64,000 nt of DNA, taken from the NCBI RefSeq assembly GCF_964355755.1, contig NC_092677.1, forward strand, positions 3,370,101 to 3,434,100, read 5' to 3'. Position numbers and translations under genes: made by a program. Below are positions 1 to 11,734 of the stretch, piece by piece. Each line of letters begins with the position of its first letter. Position 1 is the stretch's first letter. Source of the stretch: Antedon mediterranea (lineage: Eukaryota > Animalia > Echinodermata). A model generated the notes under the pieces. That model was not told where the DNA came from and made no database searches. It was given only the letters and a program-made list of their open reading frames with translations.

Positions 1-1009
1 GTAAATTAGGGACTTTTTTTAATTGTTTAAAAGTGACATTTTTATCATCTTTTGGATTTAGACCAATTAAGATCTTAAATTATAATGAATTTTGATGTGA
101 ACTTTTTGATTTGTGAATTATCTTTATTAGTATTACTGCAATTTCAATTTGAGATAAAATTAAAACTTAAAATTAAAATATTGCTCTTTCAGTGGTGGGT
201 CCTATACTAATTTTTTTTTTCAATTCAACTGTTAATAATATAATTTCAAATTAAATATTAACAATTATTCTCTCTAGCGTGTCAATGTCAAATGATTAGT
301 AAATCTCAAGGTCAATTAGTTTTGAACATTTCAATTCAGTCAACGACCTTTCACCTATTAGTACAGTTTTGATAAATCGAAAACGAAACTAGGAGAAATG
401 CACGGAATTTGAATAATGTAAATTTTACCGTCACGTGCTTTTGACACAATCGAGGTATTCCCTCAACTTTAGACACGCTCATAATTGCACTTTCGTTCGA
501 ATCGAAAGAAAAAAAAAATGATGATGATGATGATATGAACATGCATCATCTTTTGTATGAATGCATGCACTCAACCACGAAACCATGAATATTTCTCACG
601 GAATTATTTCGTTATTTTATTACGGGTTTTTATTCTCATTAATTTGAAATAGCTGCAAAATTATTATTTTTTGAGTATCTGACCTAAAAAGAAGGTGTAT
701 ACTAATAATTATAGACAGGCATGTTTTATTTTGACTTTTATATCATATATGTACTTGTCTCTGCTTGGTTTTAAAACCCAGCCTACCCGGCCTAACATAT
801 TTTATTTTAAAATATGGAATAGACCTTCTGAAAAAAATACAAATATAAAATAGGGCCTAGATCGATTTAAAATCATTTTGTTTGCTCAGCTATGAATAAT
901 TGCAACAAAAAATTAATAACATTGTAGTTTATTAAACATTTTCACAGTTCACACGAAGTAAGATCATGTGCTACGATCCGCCGAACCAGTTCTAGCCGGT
1001 GTGTCCTCA

Positions 1010-1510
1010 TTTACAACGTGGGGATTTCGTTGGCAACCGATTGCGCAATACCAATAGCGAAATGCATTGGAAAACCCCTTTTGCCGCGTATAAATATCGA
1101 CGTTGTTAAACCAATTAAAACCGGTTTCAGTGACGTCAAACCTATTTTTAGAAAAATCTTCTTCAAAGCCCAAGCCTAGTCACTACTGTAAAATATACGC
1201 CGATATTTTAAAGTTCCTAATGTAATTTAATAAGTTACAAAAACATGCAATAGAATACAATTAAAGCACAATATATTGTTTATTTAATATTTATGTATAT
1301 TTTTAATGTTCAATTGATACGTTTTTAATTTTTTTTAAACACAAAATTGTGGGGAATCGTCCGCGGATTGATATTTCACGTTAACATATTGCGAACAGGC
1401 CATAGGTCAAACATTGAATTTGAGGAAGATAGAAAAGCCCTTTTCGACAGGGAATCTCTTCATTCTGAAACGAGCTAAACATACGGAACAACGAAATATA
1501 AAATAACTTA
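1010..1510 (+). promoter_or_regulatory. C/EBP proximal promoter
   Basis: CpG-containing segment with ATTGCGCAAT (1040-1049), CCAAT (1051), GGAAAACCCC NF-kB-type site (1069-1078), TGACGTCA CRE (1131-1138), GGGAATCTCT (1450-1459) and TATAAAA (about 1497) upstream of the ATG at 1659. Motif matches only. Confidence 0.6.
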
Positions 1511-1636
1511 TCGTTTCGTTTGTTTTACATATATACGAATTACACCAGACTAAACTGTGGTTTTTATTTGTTGAAATCACTATTGTTTTGAGTTTGTACG
1601 ATCAACGAATTTCTACATTTTGACTTTAGATAAAAT

Positions 1637-1687
1637 ATGTTGAAGAATTGCATCGGCCATGGATCATACACTTGGGTTCTACGATGA
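1637..1687 (+). other. Out-of-frame uORF overlapping the C/EBP start codon (MLKNCIGHGSYTWVLR*)
   Basis: ATG at 1637 (A at -3), 22 nt upstream of the main ATG and in a different frame; TGA at 1685-1687. Confidence 0.55.
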
Positions 1688-2447
1688 AAACGATTTCTGT
1701 CAAAAATTGCAATTTAGCACCGAAGAAGAATACTTTGATGGTTTTGGAGGACTAAACGGAGTAGAAGACTCCATTGACTTATCAGCATTTCTTTCTCAAA
1801 GTCAAAACGAACCAATAAATTCAGTGTCAAATACTGGTAATACTGGTGGACAAGAGGGCTTCCCAACATTGGGAAACCTAGATCATTTATTTGGAGCACA
1901 ACCTCAAATTCAGAACAATTATTCATTATTACCAGCTGTGAAACAAGAACCAGCAGAAATCAACTACGGTGAGTGCGAATCAACCGTTACTAGTCCAACA
2001 ATTCAATCCGATATGCCGCAACAAACATTTTTCACGAACACTTTACCGCAGCCCTCGACGGGGATGATGCCAATGGCAAACGATACAACTCAATCGCCAT
2101 ATTCTACGCCGGTTTCATCGCCAACAAGCACGACAATGTCTTACAAATCTTCTCCAGCCAGCAAATCTTTAAACAAATCGAGCTCGGGGAAGAGACAAAG
2201 ACCGGTTCCCGAGAAGGGTACGCAAGAATATGTGGCGAAGAGACAGAAAAATAATGTTGCGGTACGGAAGAGCAGAGAAAAGAGCAAGGCGAAGGCGATG
2301 CAACTGCAAGACACGGTCAGTCAGCTGACCGACGAAAATGACCGTTTGAACAAAAAAGTTGAACTACTTACCAAAGAGTTGTCTGTGTTAAAGCAACTGT
2401 TTACGAATGTTGGGAAACATGTTCCGCAAGAACTTCAAAACTGTTGA
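1659..2447 (+). CDS. CEBP: CCAAT/enhancer-binding protein (C/EBP alpha/beta/delta/epsilon-like bZIP factor), intronless, 262 aa
   Basis: C-terminal bZIP EYVAKRQKNNVAVRKSREKSK...L..EN.RL.KKVELLTKELSVLKQLF; N-terminal activation box EDSIDLSAFL; SUMO-type motif VKQEP; S/T-P-rich regulatory region; gccATGg Kozak context. Confidence 0.97.
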   Translation: MDHTLGFYDENDFCQKLQFSTEEEYFDGFGGLNGVEDSIDLSAFLSQSQNEPINSVSNTGNTGGQEGFPTLGNLDHLFGAQPQIQNNYSLLPAVKQEPAEINYGECESTVTSPTIQSDMPQQTFFTNTLPQPSTGMMPMANDTTQSPYSTPVSSPTSTTMSYKSSPASKSLNKSSSGKRQRPVPEKGTQEYVAKRQKNNVAVRKSREKSKAKAMQLQDTVSQLTDENDRLNKKVELLTKELSVLKQLFTNVGKHVPQELQNC

Positions 2448-2671
2448 ACGGTCTCTTTTAACAAACAATTGATAACGAAGAAGCCGCTCCGGCAAAATGG
2501 GAGGCATCAACATAAGAACCAAAACTTGGGGACACTTTTTAAGTGATTTACCAAACAGAAGAACCTTTAAAACTGTCGAAAGGTTGTCTAAGCATCAGAT
2601 TGTCTGCCGTCGAGTATGGAGCAGTATCGCTAGCATTCCAGTACGACTTATGAACCAACCAGGAAAATTGG

Positions 2672-2997
2672 AATAAACTAAAAAAAAAAGGATTGTTTTC
2701 GTGAACTAAACACAGATTGTTGTACTGTAGTTGTACTGAATATAATTGTATTTTTGCAGTTTTACTTAATAGAATAGAAAGATGGTTTCCTTATAAGTTA
2801 TTGTATTACTTTTTCAGTTTTGTGTTCATTTTGATATTGTATTGTACTTAGGCTAGTAGCCTAATTAAAAATTGTTAAACAACATACAAAATAACTGTAG
2901 TGCTAAATATTTAAATAAAATAATAATTTTGTTGAAACCATTACTAATAATACTATGTACAGTAGCAAGTTAAAAAGTTCAAAATACAATGAATAAA
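2672..2997 (+). terminator. Candidate polyadenylation signals of C/EBP
   Basis: AATAAA at 2672, 2914 and 2992 in an AT-rich 3' UTR. Confidence 0.4.
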
Positions 2998-3717
2998 AAA
3001 AAAATGAATGTATAATTAATTGAAACTACATTTTTAAAGAAACAAAAAACCATTTGCCTTGTATGTAGTGGTGTGTTGGGTACGATAAAAACATTTTTAA
3101 AAAAAATTGCAATATTATTGATAAATCCATCGTATAAGAAATATAAAAAACATGCAATTGTATTTGCACTTGTGGATATTTTTAAAGTTGTTTAAGGCAT
3201 GCCGCGTAGCATGACATATTTTTATAATGACGCTGCTCACATATGTTTTTAATGCAGTGAAGCCGCCAAACTAGAGACGAGACTGCGTACATATGTTTCC
3301 AAGCAGTTAATGAGTACTCCTGTAGATAGTATAGTATTAAATGATCAGGCTTTACTATGTTGATTAGAGAGCAATTATGGCGATGATATAAATATTAAAA
3401 ACAAATAAAATTTAAATTTTATTGCATTTTCCAGATCATATATGTTACAAAGTTTAGTGATATGAAATAAAAATTCACTATTTTATGATAATCAGTTGCT
3501 TTTTGAGTTTGTTTTAAATACTGTTTGACTCTTATAATTTAGAAATCATTGCGAGATTTAAAGAATTCTACCGACTTTTTGACAGAAATAAGTGGCAATA
3601 TTTCACCGATAGATACGCTCACGGACAAAACTTAGTAAAACGACTATCCGTAGTGTATATTATAATATTCTATCGTTGTAACTGCTAGATATCTCACAAC
3701 GACCGACACCAATGAAA

Positions 3718-3786
3718 CGACTCAAACTGATCACAACAGACTCAAACTGATCACAACAGACTCAAACTGATCACAACAGACTCAAA
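3718..3786. repeat. 20-bp tandem repeat (GACTCAAACTGATCACAACA) x about 3.5
   Basis: Directly visible; lies among degenerate GATAGATACGC..GGACAAA motifs (about 3605, 3820, 3965), possibly an old repeat element. Confidence 0.85.
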
Positions 3787-5994
3787 GTTGAAACGACGAT
3801 CTTAACATCAGACTATTTACTGATAGATACGCCCAAGGACAAACATTTTGGTGAAACAACCAACACTGATCACACGCGGACAAAAACGTTAACTTCGATC
3901 AGTATTTCATTAGACGACAAACTACTCACTATGTATACTATTTTACATATAAAATTCAACCATTAACCGATAGATATGCACACAAACGAACATTTTCATA
4001 AACATCATTTGATACCATTAAAAATTATATTATATTTGACACCAATATGAAACAATATTTTGCCGTATCAAGGCATAAAAATAATTATTAATATTAACAT
4101 GAGAGATGCTGGTACAGTGAATAGCTGATGCAATGTGGATAATATATTTCAGTAGACTACAGACACAATACAGTACTATGATAGTTATACTGTAATATAT
4201 AAACAAATTGAACATACTAATATAGCTATTGTAGCAGCAATATAAAAACACCTAGACAAGTAATAGGTATGTTAATTATACTGTAATAACCAAAACGTTA
4301 ACAAAATGACATACATAAGTTAATTTATAAAAATAAATACTAAAAAAAATATTAATCTTTTATCTATCACTGACAAAACAATCATGCTAAAATATTGGTG
4401 CCAAAATATTGGTAATAAATTTACAATACACAATTTTACTATACAGTGGTAATAAAATATAGTATAATAATATATAATCGATATTTCAATTTACTGTACA
4501 ATTTACATAATAATTAAATGTATGAATATTGAATTTTTGAATTGGTGGGTGTAGGGTGGTTTTCGATTAAGTGGTGGAGGAAACAAATCGGTTTGGAGCA
4601 ATTTGCAAATGCATACGTTAGTTATTATAATTGTGGCATGTGGGTGGAGTGGTGAACTTACAATAGGACGAACCATAATGAAATAAAAGCGTGAAGAATG
4701 TGTTTTTTAATACTAAATGGTGGATAATTATCCATTCGATAAAATTGTGGATATTTCCGCTGGCATTGGCAAAAACTGAATTTAAATTTATTCACATATG
4801 TAACCAGTTATTTCTTCCCCAATGATAGGACAACCACGGTTGTATTCAGGGACTAAAACCGCTAAAAATAAAAACTGTACACCATCATATAATAACTAAT
4901 TTAACTACACGCAATAATTGTAAATTAATACTAATTTATTTTACATATTTAATTAATAATATTGTCTCCAGAATTTGGCAGTCTAAAAGGACCTGGTTCT
5001 GGTAGACCAAATCTAAGGTGGGTATCCTCTCCCCCTCAATAATGAAATAAAAATACAGATATTTCTGTTTTATTTAATAAAACATTGAATCATCGCTAAA
5101 TCTAACCGCAGACAATTTTATTACCCGGAAACCGATTTTTATTAATTGAATCAAAAATCAGTAATCAGAATATCAAACTTGCTTCAACTCTACTCTAAAG
5201 CTCACTCTTCACTATCAAACTTTATGTGACACAAAAATGTGATGTGCGCATATATGGACATGATGTCATATCACTACCATATTTGGGCATATCACTACCA
5301 TATTTGAGCACATCACACTAGTTTGATAGTGTACACAGAGCAATAACTCTATTCACTTATTGATTTTGTAGGAAAACACCTCTGATCATCAGCAGATACA
5401 ATCATTCGATATCCAGTATGATATTTCACACAGGTGTTAATACATCCATGTTTAAATTACTGGGGTTCCTAGAATAGGGTAACATATTTGACACTTAAAC
5501 TTAAGGTGGAATATTAAATTCTGATGTTAAACTTTGCAGGAGTAGAAGAGAGAGGGAGCTGTGTGTTTGTGTGGGGGTTGTGTGTCGATAAGAGGGGTAA
5601 TTAAAAAGGAAGGGGCTAGCAGTATGGAATAGTTTTCAAGTATGGTAATAGTTAAAAATAGATATGAAAATTCAAATGAATATTTTTAGAAAGTACGTCG
5701 GGAAAAAACTGGTATTTCCAAAAACCAACTATCTATGAAAATCAACCCATCTATTTTTGTCGATTATTATATACACAAGTAGGGATTTTCCAGAATAACT
5801 ATTGACTATGAAAACACAACATACAATACAGGTGTATTTCAAACTCAATTTTGAAAATAGGGATTTCCAAGATGGTAACTCAGCATAACACATAGGCCTA
5901 CATGATGGTAAACTTAAATATCAATTTATTTGTGTTTAATTTACTTTAAATACAATATTTGGAATTATTGCAAATTGTTTTAATATACATACTG

Positions 5995-6345
5995 CATATT
6001 CAGGGGGACAACTATATTCAGGGGGACAACTATATTCAGGGAGACAACTATATTCAGGGAGACAACTATATTCAGGGAGACAACTATATTCAGGGAGACA
6101 ACTATATTCAGGGGGACAACTATATTCAGGGGGACAACTATATTCAGGGGGACAACTATATTCAGGGGGACAACTATATTCAGGGGGACAACTATATTCA
6201 GGGGACATTTTCTCAAGAACAAACAAGAGTAAATATATGTTCAACACTACAGCCATACCTATATGCAGGGACACCCTGTACCTCTATTAAAGGGACATTT
6301 AGCTGGGTCTGGTTGGTGTCCCCTTAATAATAAGAGTACTACTGT
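5995..6345. repeat. 18-bp minisatellite (TATTCAGGGGGACAACTA) x about 12 within a GGGGACAC-family MITE
   Basis: Array 5995-6207, followed by CCTCTATTAAAGGGACA...GTGTCCCCTTAATA...TACTACTGTA, the family right end. Confidence 0.85.
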
Positions 6346-9056
6346 ATTACTTATTTAGATTTTCTCAATTTCCAGCAGTGAAAATATGTAGGCATGGCAT
6401 ATTAAAAGGAAACAGCCAACCCATATAGTGGACACCCCTATCAAGGGGACACTTTGCAGGATCCTGAAGGTGTCAATTAATAGAGGTTTTATTGTACAGT
6501 ATTACCTATTTATACGTTTTGAATGGTTTTCATCATTGAGAGTACTGCATAGCTATATATTATGTATGTATACCTCCATGGTTATATGCATTGACAATGT
6601 TGTTTTGCATTCAACAACATTCTTGCCAGCTGTTCCCAGTGATGTGTGCACTTTTTAGTTTCAAGTCAACTAGAGGCCAATGAGATTCCAGGAAATTCAT
6701 CCTGTTAATAGGGTCAGTAAACGCAGCGAACAGCGAGCCTGCCTGCCTGCCGGCCTGCCTCCAGTCAACATGAGTTCATACTTGTTTTTGGCAAGCTTAG
6801 TGGCATTGTCTTTGCGTCAAGTCAAACCTGGGGATGAACAAAAACATTTGATATGATTTATGATGGAGAAATAAGAGTTATAATAGAATAAATAAGTTTA
6901 TCAACCCAATACAAACATATGATAATAATTGTATGATGGTCAGCTAAAGCCAGCTGGCATCGCTACATTTGACCGGGAAACCCAGCAGTTTATAAGGACA
7001 TTTATATTCTTATTGTCTTCCGATTAAAACAAAATATCTATTTAGGAAATTTAATAATTAATCAGTTATGCACAGTATTTGCAATATACATACTGTATTT
7101 CTTAAGTTAGGTTGGTACAAAATTACAATTTAAAGACAATGTTTGGGGCTTTGGATGGTTGGATCAGAGGGGATATTTTCTAGTACTCTTATACCCACCC
7201 TTGATAATCTTAAGTAAACCATCAGGAAACTGTAATAACAAGTAATATACAAACTCAGGTAAAATCTATTCAATTTAATATGCATCACATTAAATAATAT
7301 ATTAATATATTTTATACAACACAAGAAGATAATTATGATTTTTTTTTTTTTTAATTTGGTTGAGCGAGGGGTGGGGGTAGGAAAGATTGGGATAGGCGAC
7401 CCTGTGCTTGGATATTAAATTGCTGACATTTTTACTAGTGTAATAACTGTATACATACTACTGGTAGTTTTTTTTCGGAAAGGGGATGGTGTGAGGGGGT
7501 AGCTGTGGGGGTGTGGGGTGCGGGGGTTTGGGCGCAAGGGAGAAGAAGGAAAGAAAAACAAAGAGAAGGGGACATCTATGAATTCAAATGGTCAAACAAT
7601 GAATGGACATGGGCATATACAATGATATACTGTATTAAACTATGTTACAATGGTAGGGAACAAGAATATATTTAATTTTAAATTAACAAGGGCAGTATTT
7701 ATATAGTGACACGTCAGCCTTTAATTGCACACTAAAGTAATAGCTTGTCATCAAATCAGAAAAATCTTAACATGAATACTAATAAAATGTGAGTAGGCTG
7801 TTGAACTTATTTAGACAAGCAAGTCGCTGATCACAAGAATATGAGTCACGAGAAAAAATAGTTCACAGTGACAGTATTATGATGAAAGCTGTACAATAAA
7901 GGAAAATTCTAGGCTCATGAATATTCGTGACATCACAATAGCTTCTATTCAAGCCTATTAAACGCGTGGGCGACTCACAGCAAACAGGATTTTCCACTGC
8001 AGAGGTCACAGCATGAAAGAAAATGTTTAAATATTTTAATTTCGTGGGTAGAGTGACGCTTAATTCAAAAGTACCCAACTCCAATTTTTTTTATTTTAAA
8101 AGAGCAAAGGTTGTGGAAACGTAATTAATTTAACAGACAAATTATATTTAATCCTAGCTTGACCTTTTTTAAATAATGTAATACTATAGTAACAAACTTA
8201 TAGGATAACCGTATCATTTTTATTTAATAGTAGTAAATATTTCCAAACTACAAATATTAATTGAGTTAAACATTATTTCATAGAAGCATGTGATGAGAAG
8301 TTATTGTTTGCTGCAAAACGAGGGAATACCATTTTGATATTGTGTGTCAATCAGGGTTTGTGTCAATCTGAATTTTAACTAAACTGATTAATTAAGAAAG
8401 TATACATTTAAATCTAGATAATTATAATATTATAGCACAGTAGAACCCCTATTAAGGGGACACCTTTTGGACCAAGAGCATGCAATAGTACCAATGCTCA
8501 ATCATTAAAATAGAAGAAACTAATGCATGGCGTGAAATCAACCAGTAAAATAGCAAGGATAATCAATGCTTGCTATGTGACAGGGAGAGGGGGGGGGGGG
8601 GAATCATTATGTGCTTCCCTTTTAACAGGCAAAATTAAATTATTAACTATACCTTTCAATCTATTTAACACTGACAGATTATTAATATTATATATCCACC
8701 ATTTAAAAAATCTGATATACATAATATATTTAGGCCTACAGTACTTCTATCTATGATAATTTTGCTTTATACACAAACTTTATTAATTTTATAAAATTCA
8801 TATAAATACTGTATTACTTCATTTTAGTAATAATACTAATCATAGAACATAAACTTTGGAACACCCCTTATATCTAGGGGACACCGCTATTAAGGGGAAA
8901 CTTTCCTGTGCAAAACAGTATATCTTTTAATACTACAGCCAACCTTATTCAAGGGACACCTCTATTAAAGGTACATTTGTTGGGTCCTGAAGTTGTCCCT
9001 TTAATAGAGGTTCTATCTACTGTACACTATTTGTTATTGTACAACACACAGTGTAA

Positions 9057-9238
9057 AGAGTGGTTCCCACTAGCGACGCAACGCAAGGACGTAACGCAGC
9101 GCAAGTGAATTCATGACCAATCACAAGCGATGGCTTATTCGCTTGTGATTGCTAACTGTCTATAACTTCGCTTGTCATTGGTTAAAGCGCTTGCGTTGCG
9201 TTTACGTCCTTGCGTTACGTTCTAGTGGGAACCAAGCT
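9057..9238. mobile_element. Palindromic MITE, family B (TIR AGCTTGGTTCCCACTAG), PIF/Harbinger-like
   Basis: Long inverted repeat TGGTTCCCACTAG..ACGCAACGCAAG / CTTGCGTTGCGT..CTAGTGGGAACCAAGCT. Related copies at about 23073-23165, 34711-34856, 45956-46087 and 61603-61705. Confidence 0.75.
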
Positions 9239-9950
9239 TCAGTAGTATCCACAGATATGCTGTATTTGCTTATTTGATACCATAACAACTCTATAAATAC
9301 AAGAAAATGAATGATGGCATTTGTATTTACTCATCAAATCATTTTATAAACTGGTATCCAACAATACAAATACATTTATTATCTCTCTATTAATACCTTT
9401 GGAAGTTTCCATCATACAATGCTGATTAACATTCATGTGACCTTTGAACCTGTTGACAAAAACTCCTACCAATAAATTGACTTTCAATACCACCTCAATG
9501 TCATTTTTTTTATGGATTATGATTTTCATATTGTTATCAGCTGGTGAAAACAGGAAAAACAAATTCTGTGTATGATTTTTTAAAACGGCAAATAAAATTT
9601 ATAGGGATCGAATAATGTGTGAGGTCGGAGATTCTTGTGTATATCGGCAAATCAAATGAATTCAGTATGTTTGCATTTTTAAGGATGAATAACGTGTGAT
9701 GTCAGAGATTTTTTGTACAGTATATCAGTCAAAATCAATTCCATTTTTAGGAATGACTGATCATCTTAATAATACAAGCCAACAAGGGCATACATTACTA
9801 AATACACAGTCTTATATTTATGTGAAATTTAAATAACATTTGACATGCAGTTAATTGTTAGTGGGCATACAGAAGGTTATAGTTGGCATTCATGTTCGAT
9901 ATTAGACACGCCACTAATTGTTTTCTCAAAAAGATGCCTTAATCTGCTTA

Positions 9951-10219
9951 AGCTCTGTCTACTCTATAGTATCAAATTAGTTTGACAAAAAAAGTGTGAT
10001 GTGTCCAAATATGGTAGTGATATGCCTAAATATGGTAGTGATATGCCTAAATATGGTAGTGATATGCCTAAATATGGTAGTGATATGCCTAAATATGGTA
10101 GTGATATGCCTAAATATGGTAGTAGTACTATAACATCATGATGTCAATATATGGGCACATCACATGTTTTTGTCACATCATGGAGTAAAGACATAAAGTT
10201 TGCTAGTGTGGACAGAGCT
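9951..10219. mobile_element. MITE family A (TIR AGCTCTGTCTACACTATCAAAC, TWA TSD), PIF/Harbinger (Tourist)-like; copy with an expanded internal 21-bp repeat
   Basis: TTA duplicated at both ends; ATATGGTAGTGATATGCCTAA x6. About 22 full or partial copies in the window, near 5198, 9951, 18998, 19425, 20152, 21080, 22603, 23246, 23470, 26981, 27606, 28844, 29833, 31600, 32342, 35090, 37923, 38380, 40462, 50240, 54042 and 63180. Confidence 0.9.
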
Positions 10220-10579
10220 TTAGACTACACGTAAATAAGGTACAGCAATTAATCAAATTATATGACTTATATATGATTGAAGTTTAATCTACACTATATT
10301 TTGTATAACAAATGTTCAAAGTGATTCAAGTACATACAATTCTACTGCAACATCACTAAAAATATAAATGTGCCAAGCTTAAGGTAGCATGCACGTCAAT
10401 GAACACATTTAAGTACAACAAATATATAAGCTGGTATCTATGTTGTTTATTTAATCTTGAATAACTAATCTATGATAAGATGACGAGATGATGAAAAACA
10501 TTACAGTAAACAGGTAAAAACAGCAAATTTAAAGGGGAATTAAATCAATGAAATATTTTAATATATTAGGCCTACTAAA

Positions 10580-10822
10580 CAGTAGACCCCTTCTTTGGTA
10601 CATCCCTAATAGGGAACACCCCTAATAGGGAACACCCCTAATAGGGAACACCTCTAATAGGGAACACCCCTAATAGGGAACACCCCTAATAGGGAACACC
10701 CCTAATAGGGAACACCCCTAATAGGGAACACCCCTAATAGGGAACACCCCTAATAGGGAACACCCCTAATAGGGAACACCCCTATTAAGGGAACACTCCT
10801 ATTAAGGGAACACCCCTATTAA
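10580..10822. repeat. 17-bp minisatellite (CCCCTAATAGGGAACAC) x about 13 behind a CAGTAGACCCC MITE end
   Basis: Directly visible; the unit is a variant of the MITE subterminal motif CCCCTATTAAGGGGACAC. Confidence 0.88.
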
Positions 10823-11734
10823 CCGCCAGGCATTCAATAAAGGAAGTACCCCTCACCGCCAGCCATTTTAGACAAAATTTACCTGTTTTTCAAAGCTCAT
10901 AGCAAAGGTGTTTGTAATCAGAATAACATGCAATATACACTCAAATAATGAGATAGAAATAAACTTTCCAATGGTACCAAACACTTTATTGAAATAAAAC
11001 TATAATACCACATAATTGTACAAAGAACTTGGCTCACTTTTAGCACTTTAGGCTCAATCGGAGAACGGGGATACTTTCCAATAAAATGAACAAGGGGGCT
11101 GGGTAACATACATTATGGATACCCCTTAAAGGAGTCATCTTATGAAAACATTTCTTTTTAAAATTTATTCAGAGTACAATAGAACCCTTATAAGGATATC
11201 TTCAGGTTGCTAATAGGGGTGTGAGTGTCCCCAACTGAATATAGTGGGGGCGGGGGGGAGAGGGGTTGAGTATGTATCAGCTGTTTATTTCCTGGGAAGG
11301 TTTCCACTTAATAGGGTGTCCGAAAGGATTCTACTATAGTAGGGCTAGACAAGAAAAAAAAAAATTACTGTAGGACTCTCTGTCAACATGTGTTTATATC
11401 TACAGTATCGTCCCTGTGATTCTAATAATTTAATTCCATAAATCATAATTGAGTAATTTAATAAGGCCTATAAAATGATCAGAACTGCTATTTTAACCAC
11501 GGTGAGTCAGAAGATTTCACAGATTTCCACCCTAGTGCCACATCACTGCTAAAATGGTTGGATGGATTTGAATGTGGTTTGGCAGATTCCACTAAAAAAC
11601 CTTCAAAATCAATATTTGAACACGGACTATAATACCGGCAAATATAGATACAGTAAGCTATGGCAAGACAAGTGTGCCAAACGATATATATGTTCAAGAA
11701 TGATAGACTCATTGCTGGTTCTAGTATTTGTACG

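Noticed and set aside
5936-6327. Repetitive ORFs (PPEYSC, IQGDNY, PLNIVV repeats)
   Set aside because: Translations of an 18-bp MITE-derived minisatellite that is open in several frames.
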